Below, piece by piece: positions 9,747-18,615 of a DNA stretch of 64,000 nt. How positions within the stretch are numbered: position 1 is the first letter of the stretch; every line of letters starts with the position of its first letter. Source of the DNA: Ostreococcus lucimarinus (lineage: Eukaryota). The DNA lies in NCBI GenBank assembly GCA_000092065.1, contig CP000595.1; one strand, 5' to 3'. The translations under genes were made by a program, and so were the position numbers. The notes beneath the pieces are model-generated. The model searched no databases. It saw nothing but the letters and a program-made list of their open reading frames with translations, and was not told the origin of the DNA.

Positions 9747-10664
9747 TTGAAGCAGTTGTTGACGGGGAAGCGCGCGAACGACGCGACGGCGACGAAGAGC
9801 GCGAAGAGAACGTCGAGAGACGACGACGCGGTGGCGACGATAATATCGATGGATTTATCGCGACCGACGCCGGCGACGGCGGAGAAGCAGGCGACGCGTG
9901 AGGGGGTACGTGAGATGAACGCGCGCGCGCCGCAAAAGAAACTAAAGGCGAGCCCGTTGGCGACGGCGTCGATGAACGCGAGCCTGCAAAAGTCGGTGAA
10001 GAAGAAACCGTCCGCGGCGTCGCCGGAAAAATCGAAGCGGAGTAAGAATAGCGCGGATCTCTGCGCGCACATCACGGATTTGACCGCGGACGAACGGTTG
10101 CTCGTGGAGACGGGCAAGGGGCGGCGAGGCGAGCCCATGCCCACGCCTCTCGGCTGGGCGTATTGGACGGCGACGAGCCACGAGACGCTGCGCACGATCG
10201 GCAACAAAATTGGCCTCGAACCGTTGACGTTATACAGCATGAATCGTTGGCACCATAAGCTCAAGAATTACGACATCGATCAAGAGTTCACCGCGAACTC
10301 CAAGCTCAGTCTCCCGGTGCCGCCGTTTGAGGACTGGGAGACGGAGTACATCGCGGCCGACCGCACAAAGATTTTCACGCGCCTGCTCGACCGCATCGAC
10401 GAAGTCTGGCCCGAGGTTTTGAGAAACGCCGAACCTCTGCGTTCGCTGAAGAGGGAGCAGTTGAAAACGTACCCCGACTCGGGCACGTTGTATCGCCAGT
10501 TGCGCGAGACGTTGGACAACGCCGAAGCCGCCGCGAAAAAATTCAACGACGGCGACGAGACTCTCCGGGACGTCCAGCAGTGTCGAAAGCAGCTCGTAAC
10601 GCGTTGGCATCGCGACGGGTTCTTGCTCCCGGACGAGATCGCGTTCAAAGCCGACGACCAGTAG
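9747..10664 (+). CDS. Hypothetical protein (Lys-rich N-terminal region; no family recognised); 5' end uncertain
   Basis: Long ORF with genome-typical codon bias. Its track start is a TTG and the first in-frame ATG is ~100 nt downstream. A 31-codon ATG ORF (9591-9686) lies immediately upstream in another frame. Confidence 0.4.
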   Translation: MKQLLTGKRANDATATKSAKRTSRDDDAVATIISMDLSRPTPATAEKQATREGVREMNARAPQKKLKASPLATASMNASLQKSVKKKPSAASPEKSKRSKNSADLCAHITDLTADERLLVETGKGRRGEPMPTPLGWAYWTATSHETLRTIGNKIGLEPLTLYSMNRWHHKLKNYDIDQEFTANSKLSLPVPPFEDWETEYIAADRTKIFTRLLDRIDEVWPEVLRNAEPLRSLKREQLKTYPDSGTLYRQLRETLDNAEAAAKKFNDGDETLRDVQQCRKQLVTRWHRDGFLLPDEIAFKADDQ

Positions 10665-10743
10665 CCGGATGTAAACGCAACGAGCGAACGCGACGACGGT
10701 CGTCGCGCGACGCGACCCCCAACCGTCCCGCACACTCGGACGC

Positions 10744-12312
10744 ATGCTCGCCGCCGCCCTCCGCGCGTCGTCCCGCCGCGCGCGCGTCCCGTCAACGTCG
10801 ACGTCGACGTCGCTCGCGCGCGCGCTCTCGTCCGCGTCCGAGGCGTCGGACGCGAGAAAACCAAAGACGAATGCAGAAATCGCCGTGCTCGCCGTCGGTT
10901 TCGCCGGTCTCGCGCTCGGCGCGTACACCGCGGACGACGCCCTGCGCGCGCGCGGCGGCGAAGCGCGCGCGCGAGATCCCGCCGCGGACGCGTGCGCGCG
11001 GGACGACGCGAACGCGCGCGGGAGACGGTTGCGGCGGTGGGCGGAGACGCACGGCGCGACGTTCGCGAGGAGCGACGTTCGGGACGGCGGCGCGCGCGAG
11101 GGCGCGGGCGCGTTCCACAGGGAAAACGATGGCGAGAGCATCGCGCCGAGAGGATTGCGATTGCGAAAGCGCGAGAGGGCGCTGATGACGATACCGGACG
11201 CGGCGGTGGTGAACTGGAACACGGCGGCGGCGCACCCGACGCTCGGATCGACGTTCGAGTCGCTGTTGCGGCGAGGCGTCGTCGACGAAAGGTTGGCGGT
11301 GATGTGTTTCTTCATGATTGAGCGGAGACGCGGGGAGGAGAGCGCGTGGAAAGAGTACATAGACTCGTTGCCGCGCGCGTACGACGCGCCGCTGAGCTTT
11401 AGCGATGAAGAGTTGGAGAGGGAGTTGTCGGGGACGACGGTGTACGCGCCGGTGAAGGCGCAAAAGGCACACGTGAAGAAGATGTTTGAAGAGTGCGTGC
11501 GTCCGGCGATGCGAGAGTTGACGCAGGCGGATAACGCCGCGGGATCGTCGTTGCACATGCTGCCGGACGTGAGCGAGAAGGAGTTTGCGTGGGCGTTTCA
11601 GACGTTTTGGTCTCGCGCGCTGGCGATTCCGGTCGGCGCCGGCGGTTCTGTGACCGTCGATAGCGTGGTGCCGGGCGTGGACATGGTCAATCATGCGCCG
11701 CGCGCGCGTGCGAACGCGAGATGGGAACACGTGGAAGATTCATCGCGTCCGGATGGTGGTTACGTCGCGCTCGTGTCGGCGCCGCCGAATCGCACTATGA
11801 AAGATGGCGAAGAAATTTTCATCAATTACGGCGACAAGTCCAACGAGGAGCTGTTGTTCACCTACGGCTTCGCGTTGAAAGATAACGCCGTTGAAGAACG
11901 AATGGTATTCTTTCCGCCCTGGGCGGGCGACGCAGAGCATTCGGAAGACGTCACGCGCCGGATCGAACTCCTTCGTGCGAAGGGACTGCCGCAGCACGTC
12001 GTCTTGCCCACGACACCACCGAAGCGGGGCTTCAGAGACATGGATGCTACGGTCCAAGAAACGTTACGAATTTGGTGCGCAGACGTTAAAGATTTAGACT
12101 CTCGTCGCCGCGTCGACGACGCGACGCGACGAAAGATTCACAACGTCTTACGCGCGTCCATCGGCGCGCAATCGCACGCACTACGCGATGTCGAACGCGA
12201 GGTTGATCACTCCATCGCGAGCGCGAGAGAGATCGCGTGCGATGTCTACCGACGAGACATTCGCCGTTTGTACGACAATTACATCGAAGCCGCCGCGCGC
12301 TGGGAGTCGTGA
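10744..12312 (+). CDS. SET-domain protein of the Rubisco-LSMT / SETD3-SETD6-like class
   Basis: SET-domain blocks FWSRALAIP, VPGVDMVNH and EEIFINYGDKSNEELLFTYGF. The C-terminal region fits an RBCMT-like substrate-binding domain. N-terminal R/S/A-rich leader plus a hydrophobic stretch (IAVLAVGFAGLALGAY). Confidence 0.7.
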   Translation: MLAAALRASSRRARVPSTSTSTSLARALSSASEASDARKPKTNAEIAVLAVGFAGLALGAYTADDALRARGGEARARDPAADACARDDANARGRRLRRWAETHGATFARSDVRDGGAREGAGAFHRENDGESIAPRGLRLRKRERALMTIPDAAVVNWNTAAAHPTLGSTFESLLRRGVVDERLAVMCFFMIERRRGEESAWKEYIDSLPRAYDAPLSFSDEELERELSGTTVYAPVKAQKAHVKKMFEECVRPAMRELTQADNAAGSSLHMLPDVSEKEFAWAFQTFWSRALAIPVGAGGSVTVDSVVPGVDMVNHAPRARANARWEHVEDSSRPDGGYVALVSAPPNRTMKDGEEIFINYGDKSNEELLFTYGFALKDNAVEERMVFFPPWAGDAEHSEDVTRRIELLRAKGLPQHVVLPTTPPKRGFRDMDATVQETLRIWCADVKDLDSRRRVDDATRRKIHNVLRASIGAQSHALRDVEREVDHSIASAREIACDVYRRDIRRLYDNYIEAAARWES

Positions 12313-12636
12313 ACGTCAGCTAGCAACTTGTATTATATACATCGTCGAGCAATCGACGAGCGAGACTAAATTTGATCGTAAATTTTATCGCGGTGGTATT
12401 AAAATAACTCTACACTGGCGGATTACCCCTTTAAATACGTTATGATCCACGCACTAAATATACGATATAGTGCTAAAGTACCCTAGAATATGATAAATTA
12501 TAAAACCCTAGGAACAAAAACAGCCTGGCGAAAGCCCTGGCTGGCGACGCGACCGACGTCACTCGCGCGCGCACGCGTGCGGCGCGCGCCTCACTCGCAC
12601 GCGCATCGCACGCGACGCGACGCTCAGACGCCCACG
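12313..12636. promoter_or_regulatory. AT-rich intergenic island (3' end of SET gene / promoter and 5' leader of ALS)
   Basis: Sharp GC drop (e.g. ttgtattatatacatcg, taaattttatcg, tagaatatgataaattataaaaccc) between two + genes; TGTA-type elements present. Confidence 0.4.
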
Positions 12637-14670
12637 ATGCGACGCACCGCCGTCGCGAGCGCGCCCGCGCGCGCCCCCGCGTCGCGCGCGGCGCCGCGGA
12701 CACACGCCGCCAATCGCAGCGCCGCGTCGACGAAATTCGCGCGCGCGCGCCGCGCGCCGCGCGCGGTTCGCCAGCCCGACGCGTCGGAGTACGTCGATCC
12801 GTCGCAGTTCACCGAACTCGAGCTGTCCACGGCGCAGATGACGGCGTACGCGAGCAAACGACCGAGAGGGCAGTTCGCGTCGAGGTTCGCGGACGACGAG
12901 CCGCGCAAGGGGTCGGACATCCTGGTCGAGGCGCTCGAGCGCGAGGGCGTGGACTGCGTGTTCGCGTACCCGGGAGGGGCGTCGATGGAGATTCATCAAA
13001 GCCTGACGAAGAGCGCGACGGGGATACGGAACGTGCTGTGCCGACACGAACAAGGGGAGGTTTTCGCGGCGGAGGGATACGCGAAGGCGACGGGTAAGGT
13101 GGGCGTGTGCATCGCGACCAGCGGACCGGGGGCGACGAATTTGGTCACGGGGTTGGCAGATGCGCTGTTGGACTCGGTGCCGATGGTGGCGATCACGGGA
13201 CAGGTGCCGCGACCGATGATCGGGACGGACGCGTTTCAAGAGACGCCCATCGTGGAGATCACGAGACAGATCACGAAGCACAACTATTTGGTGATGAACG
13301 TCGAGGAAATTCCGCGAATCGTGCGCGAAGCGTTCTTTTTGGCCGCTTCAGGACGTCCGGGCCCGGTTTTGATCGATATTCCAAAGGATGTGCAGCAGCA
13401 GTTGGCGGTTCCGTATTGGGAGCCCAAGGTTTCGCTCAACGGTTACTTGAGCCGTCTGCCCGCGCCGCCGACGTCGCCGCAGCTCCAACAAGTTTTGGAT
13501 TTGATTAAGGACTCAAAGCGTCCGGTGGTGTACGCCGGCGGTGGATGCTTGGACGCCGACTTAGAGCTGGTTGAATTCTGCCGCGCGACGGGGATTCCCG
13601 TGACGAACACGCTCATGGGTCTCGGTACGTTCCCGCAGAGCGACGATTTGAGCCTGAGCATGCTTGGCATGCACGGTGCGGTGTATGCCAACTATGCGAT
13701 CGACAGCGCTGATTTGTTGCTCGCTTTTGGCGTGCGATTCGACGATCGTGTGACCGGTAAGTTGGCGGAATTCGCCAAGCGCGCCGCCATTGTGCACATC
13801 GACATTGATCCGGCGGAGCTCGGTAAGAACAAGAAGCCGTTCTGCTCCATCTTTAGCAACATCAAGCCCGCGTTGAAGACTTTGAACAAGTTGATCGCGC
13901 TCGAGAAGGATATGCCCGATTTCTCGGAGTGGCGCGCGGCTATTGACGTGCAGCGCAAAAAGTTCCCGTTTCCGATTCCCGAGCAAGTCGGCGACGTCAT
14001 CGCTCCGCAGGCGGCGATCGAGCTGTTGTGCAAGATGACCGAAGGTAAGGCGATCATCTCCACTGGTGTCGGTCAGCACCAAATGTGGGCGGCTCAGCAC
14101 TACAAGTTTGACGAGCCTCGCAACTGGCTCACGTCTGGTGGTTTGGGTTCGATGGGCTTCGGCTTGCCCGCCGCCATCGGCGCCGCCGCGGCGCGTCCTG
14201 GCGATCTGGTCGTCGACATCGACGGCGATGGCTCGTTCGTCATGAATATTCAAGAACTCGCGACCTTGCACGCGGAAAACTTGCCGGTGAAGTGCTTCAT
14301 CTTGAACAACCAGTACCTCGGCATGGTCGTGCAGTGGGAGGATCGATTTTACAAGGCGAATCGCGGTCACACGTACCTCGGCTCCCCGAATGACGATTTC
14401 CAAGTCTCCAAGGAAGAGGCGCACATTTTCCCCGATTTTGTCACCATCTCACAGGGCTTCCGCGTCCCCGCCGAACGCGTGATGCGCATGAGCGATCTCG
14501 AAGGCGCGATCAAGCGCATGATTGAAGCCGACGGTCCGTACTTGCTCGACGTCATGGTGCCGCACGTCGAGCACGTGTTGCCCATGGTCCCCGGCGGCGG
14601 TACGTTCGCCGACACCATCACCACGGGTGACGGGAGAAGCCCGGAAGAGAAGGACATGAAAACCTTGTAA
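12637..14670 (+). CDS. ALS: Acetolactate synthase (acetohydroxy-acid synthase) large catalytic subunit with plastid-type transit peptide
   Basis: [72 protein letters not shown] and [17 protein letters not shown] are canonical TPP-enzyme/ALS blocks, collinear over the full length. Start taken at Met 12637 ([14 protein letters not shown]..., Arg/Ala-rich presequence); the track ORF begins further upstream. Confidence 0.9.
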   Translation: MRRTAVASAPARAPASRAAPRTHAANRSAASTKFARARRAPRAVRQPDASEYVDPSQFTELELSTAQMTAYASKRPRGQFASRFADDEPRKGSDILVEALEREGVDCVFAYPGGASMEIHQSLTKSATGIRNVLCRHEQGEVFAAEGYAKATGKVGVCIATSGPGATNLVTGLADALLDSVPMVAITGQVPRPMIGTDAFQETPIVEITRQITKHNYLVMNVEEIPRIVREAFFLAASGRPGPVLIDIPKDVQQQLAVPYWEPKVSLNGYLSRLPAPPTSPQLQQVLDLIKDSKRPVVYAGGGCLDADLELVEFCRATGIPVTNTLMGLGTFPQSDDLSLSMLGMHGAVYANYAIDSADLLLAFGVRFDDRVTGKLAEFAKRAAIVHIDIDPAELGKNKKPFCSIFSNIKPALKTLNKLIALEKDMPDFSEWRAAIDVQRKKFPFPIPEQVGDVIAPQAAIELLCKMTEGKAIISTGVGQHQMWAAQHYKFDEPRNWLTSGGLGSMGFGLPAAIGAAAARPGDLVVDIDGDGSFVMNIQELATLHAENLPVKCFILNNQYLGMVVQWEDRFYKANRGHTYLGSPNDDFQVSKEEAHIFPDFVTISQGFRVPAERVMRMSDLEGAIKRMIEADGPYLLDVMVPHVEHVLPMVPGGGTFADTITTGDGRSPEEKDMKTL

Positions 14671-14804
14671 GATGTTTATGTTACGACGTATTAGCAACGG
14701 GCGCAAATATTTTAATGGATGGCTAAATTCTCAACAACAAAATTCTGAACAACGCGCGAAAACTTAACCAAAGAAGACAACTAAAGATTCATCAAACACA
14801 AACA

Positions 14805-16115
14805 TCAAGGAGCGGTTTCTTCTCCTCGCTCGATCACCTCCTCGTCGACCACCTTCCGCTTCGCCGCCTCGGCCGCCGCGTACCGACCCGTCATCCACGA
14901 CAGGACGCCGTTCCAGGCGATGCCGATGGCGTTCATCCACGGAATGGTCAAATGCTTCGGTACTACGGCAAAGTTGATCGCCTGCGCGGGCACCCACACC
15001 AACCAAAGCGCAGTCATCGTTTCCGGCCCAGTTTGTTTCCACTTGGCGAATATTTCGCTCGGAAGATCTAACAGACGCGTCCCGCCTTCGCTCACGACGC
15101 GAATGCCGAGAAACGTGGGCAGGTAGAGAAACGGCTGCACGAAGGCTTGGTCGATGGCGACGACGGCGCCCGTGGAGAGCGCCAAGCCGTATTTTGGCCG
15201 CCAAACATCATTCAACGGTTTCAACCAATGATTATACAAACGATATTGAAACGCCCCCACGTACGTTACGCCGAGGACGAAGAAGGACGCCACGCGATTC
15301 CAATCCAACTCAAAGAAACTCTTCTCCTCCAGCACCATCTGGACGAAAATATCCGAGCTCACGCACTTGGTGACGGACGAAAACATCGCCGTCGAGAACG
15401 GATGCCGCACCACCGTGCGCACGTACGCGGCAACGACGCGCGCCCAGTAATACTCGCGCACCTTTTCGTGCGTCAACGCCGCGAATCGACTCGCCCCCGC
15501 GTGTCGCAGCGACCCAAACGGATCGATGACGTCCCTCGCCTTCGCCTTCGCTCTCGCCTCCGCCGCATCGATCGCGCCTTGCCTCAACCACACCGGCTGA
15601 AACGGCCTCGCCAGCGTCTTCCCGAGCTGCGTCTTAAACTCCGGATGCGTCAACACGTCCAACCACGACCCTCCGGCGTGTCGCAGCGCCGCGCTCGGCG
15701 TCACCGGCGCCTCTCGCCGCCACCGCTTCAGCGTCGCCCACGCCCGTCGCGCCGCCCGTCCCGGCGCCCGAGGAAACCGCGTTCCTATCTTCGCGCCCGC
15801 CACGAACGCGCTCGCGATCTCGTCTCGCGCCTCGCGCTGTTTAAACACCTCGTACCACGTCGCGCCCGCGTGTCGAAGCGCGTCCACCCTCGACACCCCG
15901 CGCGGCGCCTCCTCCCGCGCCGTCCCGCCCTCTCGCGCGCGCGCCTGTCGTCGACACGCGCCGAGGGGTTTTTGCCGCGCGTACGACCGCGCGTGTCGCG
16001 CCACGGCGCCCGTCGCGCTCCCGCGGCGTCGCATTTCTCGTCGAATCGCGCGTCCCGTCGCGGCGACCCACATCGCCGCGCGTCGCGTCTCGGTCGCGCG
16101 CGCGTCGACGCTCAC
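14805..16115 (-). CDS. Mpv17/PMP22-family membrane protein with a long N-terminal extension carrying three LRHAG(A/G)(T/S)W repeats
   Basis: C-terminal half (HPFSTAMFSSV...WNRVASFFVLGVTYVGAFQY...WVPAQAINFAVVPKHLTIPWMNAIGIAWNGVLSWM) matches the Mpv17/PMP22 fold signature. N-terminal repeats ALRHAGATWYEV / ALRHAGGSWLDV / SLRHAGASRFAAL are visible in translation and DNA. Antisense + ORF 15147..16475 is an artefact. Confidence 0.7.
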   Translation of the reverse strand: MSVDARATETRRAAMWVAATGRAIRREMRRRGSATGAVARHARSYARQKPLGACRRQARAREGGTAREEAPRGVSRVDALRHAGATWYEVFKQREARDEIASAFVAGAKIGTRFPRAPGRAARRAWATLKRWRREAPVTPSAALRHAGGSWLDVLTHPEFKTQLGKTLARPFQPVWLRQGAIDAAEARAKAKARDVIDPFGSLRHAGASRFAALTHEKVREYYWARVVAAYVRTVVRHPFSTAMFSSVTKCVSSDIFVQMVLEEKSFFELDWNRVASFFVLGVTYVGAFQYRLYNHWLKPLNDVWRPKYGLALSTGAVVAIDQAFVQPFLYLPTFLGIRVVSEGGTRLLDLPSEIFAKWKQTGPETMTALWLVWVPAQAINFAVVPKHLTIPWMNAIGIAWNGVLSWMTGRYAAAEAAKRKVVDEEVIERGEETAP

Positions 16116-16241
16116 CGCGCGCGCGCGTCTCGCATCGTCGTCGCGCCTCGGTCGCGTCGGGATGTGCGCGCAACGATTCGTGGGTGTTACAGTGTAGTCG
16201 TACTTTGGAGGAGCGAGAAAATTCGAAAGACGCGCGCGGAC

Positions 16242-18338
16242 TCAAGCGGCGACGCACGTGCGACCGGTGAACCAATTCCTCTCCGTTTTGACCGCGCCGC
16301 TTATTTCGGACGCCACCGCGCCGCCTTCCGCCCAGCCGCCGGTTTTAGAGACTTGGAGCGCTTTGAAGCGTCCCATGTTCGCGCCTTCGACGCCGAAAGC
16401 CGCGGGGAGATTACCGGTGAAATCGGCGGCGCGAGTGGGCTCGCCGTGCGTTTTCAAGGAGTGACCGATCCATAACGATGTGTCGCCGGTTCGCCTGACG
16501 CGAAGGGTGAAGGTGACGTTGCGCCAAGCGTATCGTCCGTACGGCGATCCAGCGCTACCGAGCCACGAGTTGGCGTTCATCCACTGCCCGTTCGCGCTTC
16601 TGTAGCCAACTTGTGTTCTGAACCCCGCATTAGCGACGAGATCCGCCGCTTCGGGGCTACTGCTGTCTTCCACGACGATGGAAATATACACCGTTTTACC
16701 GTAGGCCGTGCAACAGCTACCGGCGCCATCCCCATTCACACGGTCGAAGGTGCAGTATCTGCCCGCCGAATATCTGTCGAGTTGACATCTATCGTCCATA
16801 GTGGCGCCTATCCAAGCCTCGTTCCAATCATTGGCGTCGTCCAATGCAGGGTGAAAGACATCCTCCGCGGCGGCGGTGCCGGTGACTCCATACCCGTGTC
16901 CAAAATAGATCATGGGGTAGCCATTTTCAAATACTGGTTGCGAGTACCTCGACAGCGCGTCCTCTGACGTGTCGAACTCATCAAAGTCACTCGGCTGCAC
17001 GTTCACCAGACGTTTCGAGCCCCCAGACCGAAATCCACTCGGGCACGCGGCGAGACACTCGCCATTGTGAAGGAATTTCCTGTTGGTACACTCAGTACAC
17101 TGACCGTTCAGACACTTGTTGCAGTTAGTTGGGCACTGCGTGCACCGTCGCGTCGTTGGAGTCGACCCACTACCGCCGTAACCCGGCGGACACGCGAGAG
17201 AACACGTGCCACCCAGATACCAAGAGCCTTCAGGGCACCAAAACTCGGGAATCGGGCACGAAGCAGCGCACCCACCGAAGACGTACGAAATGTCTTTCGC
17301 GTTGCGTTCGAGCGTCACGATTCTGTTCCAGAACGCGCCGAACTGTTGGGTATCGTGACATTTTCTTTCAAAAAGTGGAGCGCCGTTACCGCCGATTTCG
17401 TACAGCGCCTTTCCATTTTCACTCTTCACAACGAATCCAAACTCATAGTTGAGACCCCTCGTAGTGACTTCGAAGATGCCATCTGAAGTCGGGCAGACGA
17501 GTCCCAGCTTCGTAGAAACACATTTCAAGAAATTCACGGCGCCGTTGATCATCTCTTCACCTTCGTGAAGTTCAAAGAATCCGTGGTTCGGATCGTTATC
17601 GTGCATATTGTGGTGAACGACGTACGCGTGCGTCAGCGTCTCGTCGGGGCCAAAAATTTCGGGCCACTTGTTCCTGATTTTGGCGTCGATGCAGCTCGTG
17701 TGCAGCGTGAACCTCCGCTCCTCGCGTCTCTCGCGTCTGCTCGGCAATCTCGCGACCGAATAGTCCCACTTCCCGAGGCGACCGACCCCGGGCGAACGGT
17801 ACGCGCTCCGATTCACTGGATTCAACGCGGCGGTTTCCTCGCTCCGCGCGACGCGGCGCGGCGCGAGACGGTACGTCCCCAGAGACGTCGGCCCCGGCTC
17901 GACGACGTTTTCTCGCCCCAACGCCGCCGAGCTCGCGGACGCCGGATCTGCTTCCAACGCATCCGGGCAGTGATGTTGTATCGCCTCCACCACGCGCGTG
18001 TCCCCCGGCCCGCACGCCGGTTCCGTGAACACGCACTGCTGTTCCTCCGTCGTCTGAATCGCCGCGCAATCCATCGGCTCCGCCTCGAGCGCGCTCACGA
18101 GCGTCGGCGTGGCGTTCCGACACGCCTCCAGGCACGCCACGGGAACGTCCGTGAACGCCCCGAGCGCGGCGCGCCCCGTCGCGCCGTCGCCGCCGACCAG
18201 CGCGAGCGCCGCGACGCCGAACGCGACGCCAACACCCATCGCGAGCCACAGCTTCGACTTCGCGCCGCCGCGCGCGCGCGCGCCGTCGCCGTCGAGCAAC
18301 CGCGCGCGCTCGGCGTCGCGCATCGCGCCTCGATCCAT
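16242..18338 (-). CDS. Secreted / membrane-anchored cysteine-rich protein with furin-like (growth-factor-receptor-type) Cys repeats
   Basis: N-terminal hydrophobic anchor (LWLAMGVGVAFGVAALALVGG). Central CTQCPTNCNKCLNGQCTECTNRKFLHNGECLAACPSGF is a furin-like repeat. Good coding bias; function unknown. Confidence 0.55.
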   Translation of the reverse strand: MDRGAMRDAERARLLDGDGARARGGAKSKLWLAMGVGVAFGVAALALVGGDGATGRAALGAFTDVPVACLEACRNATPTLVSALEAEPMDCAAIQTTEEQQCVFTEPACGPGDTRVVEAIQHHCPDALEADPASASSAALGRENVVEPGPTSLGTYRLAPRRVARSEETAALNPVNRSAYRSPGVGRLGKWDYSVARLPSRRERREERRFTLHTSCIDAKIRNKWPEIFGPDETLTHAYVVHHNMHDNDPNHGFFELHEGEEMINGAVNFLKCVSTKLGLVCPTSDGIFEVTTRGLNYEFGFVVKSENGKALYEIGGNGAPLFERKCHDTQQFGAFWNRIVTLERNAKDISYVFGGCAASCPIPEFWCPEGSWYLGGTCSLACPPGYGGSGSTPTTRRCTQCPTNCNKCLNGQCTECTNRKFLHNGECLAACPSGFRSGGSKRLVNVQPSDFDEFDTSEDALSRYSQPVFENGYPMIYFGHGYGVTGTAAAEDVFHPALDDANDWNEAWIGATMDDRCQLDRYSAGRYCTFDRVNGDGAGSCCTAYGKTVYISIVVEDSSSPEAADLVANAGFRTQVGYRSANGQWMNANSWLGSAGSPYGRYAWRNVTFTLRVRRTGDTSLWIGHSLKTHGEPTRAADFTGNLPAAFGVEGANMGRFKALQVSKTGGWAEGGAVASEISGAVKTERNWFTGRTCVAA

Positions 18339-18411
18339 CGCGCGCGCGCTCGAACGCGCCGCGCGCGTCGCAGTCGCGTCGCCGCGCGCGCGAAGGATGG
18401 CACGATCGATC

Positions 18412-18535
18412 GACGCGCGTCGACCCTCGCGCCGTCGATCGATCGACGCGCGTCGACCCTCGCGCCGTCGATCGATCGCGCGCGTCGACCCTCGCGCCGT
18501 CGATCGACCGATCGATCGATCGACCGATCGACGAA
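18412..18535. repeat. Tandem array of a ~33-bp unit containing the palindrome gtcgacgcgcgtcgac (3 copies) plus a (gatcga/gaccga)n tail, in the divergent promoter upstream of the RBR gene
   Basis: Directly visible: gatcgatcgacgcgcgtcgaccctcgcgccgtc repeated three times at 18414-18512, then gatcgaccgatcgatcgatcgaccgatcgacg. Confidence 0.8.
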
Positions 18536-18615
18536 AAAGCGCGGGAAAAGGCGATTGCGAATCGACGCGACATTCGCGCGCTCCGGGACGCGGCGCGCGC
18601 GCGTCGACGACGGTG

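Noticed and set aside
13561-14424. 287-aa minus-strand ORF inside the ALS locus
   Set aside because: Antisense of the acetolactate synthase gene, which is collinear with ALS over its full length on the + strand.
18109-18615. N-terminal 170-aa extension of the RBR ORF (MAFRHASRHATGTS...RRPSRRRSIDARRPSRRRSIA...)
   Set aside because: The extension is created by the in-frame 33-bp promoter repeats and a GC-rich leader. Homology to RB begins after the Met at 18616, and the track ORF opens with a non-ATG codon.
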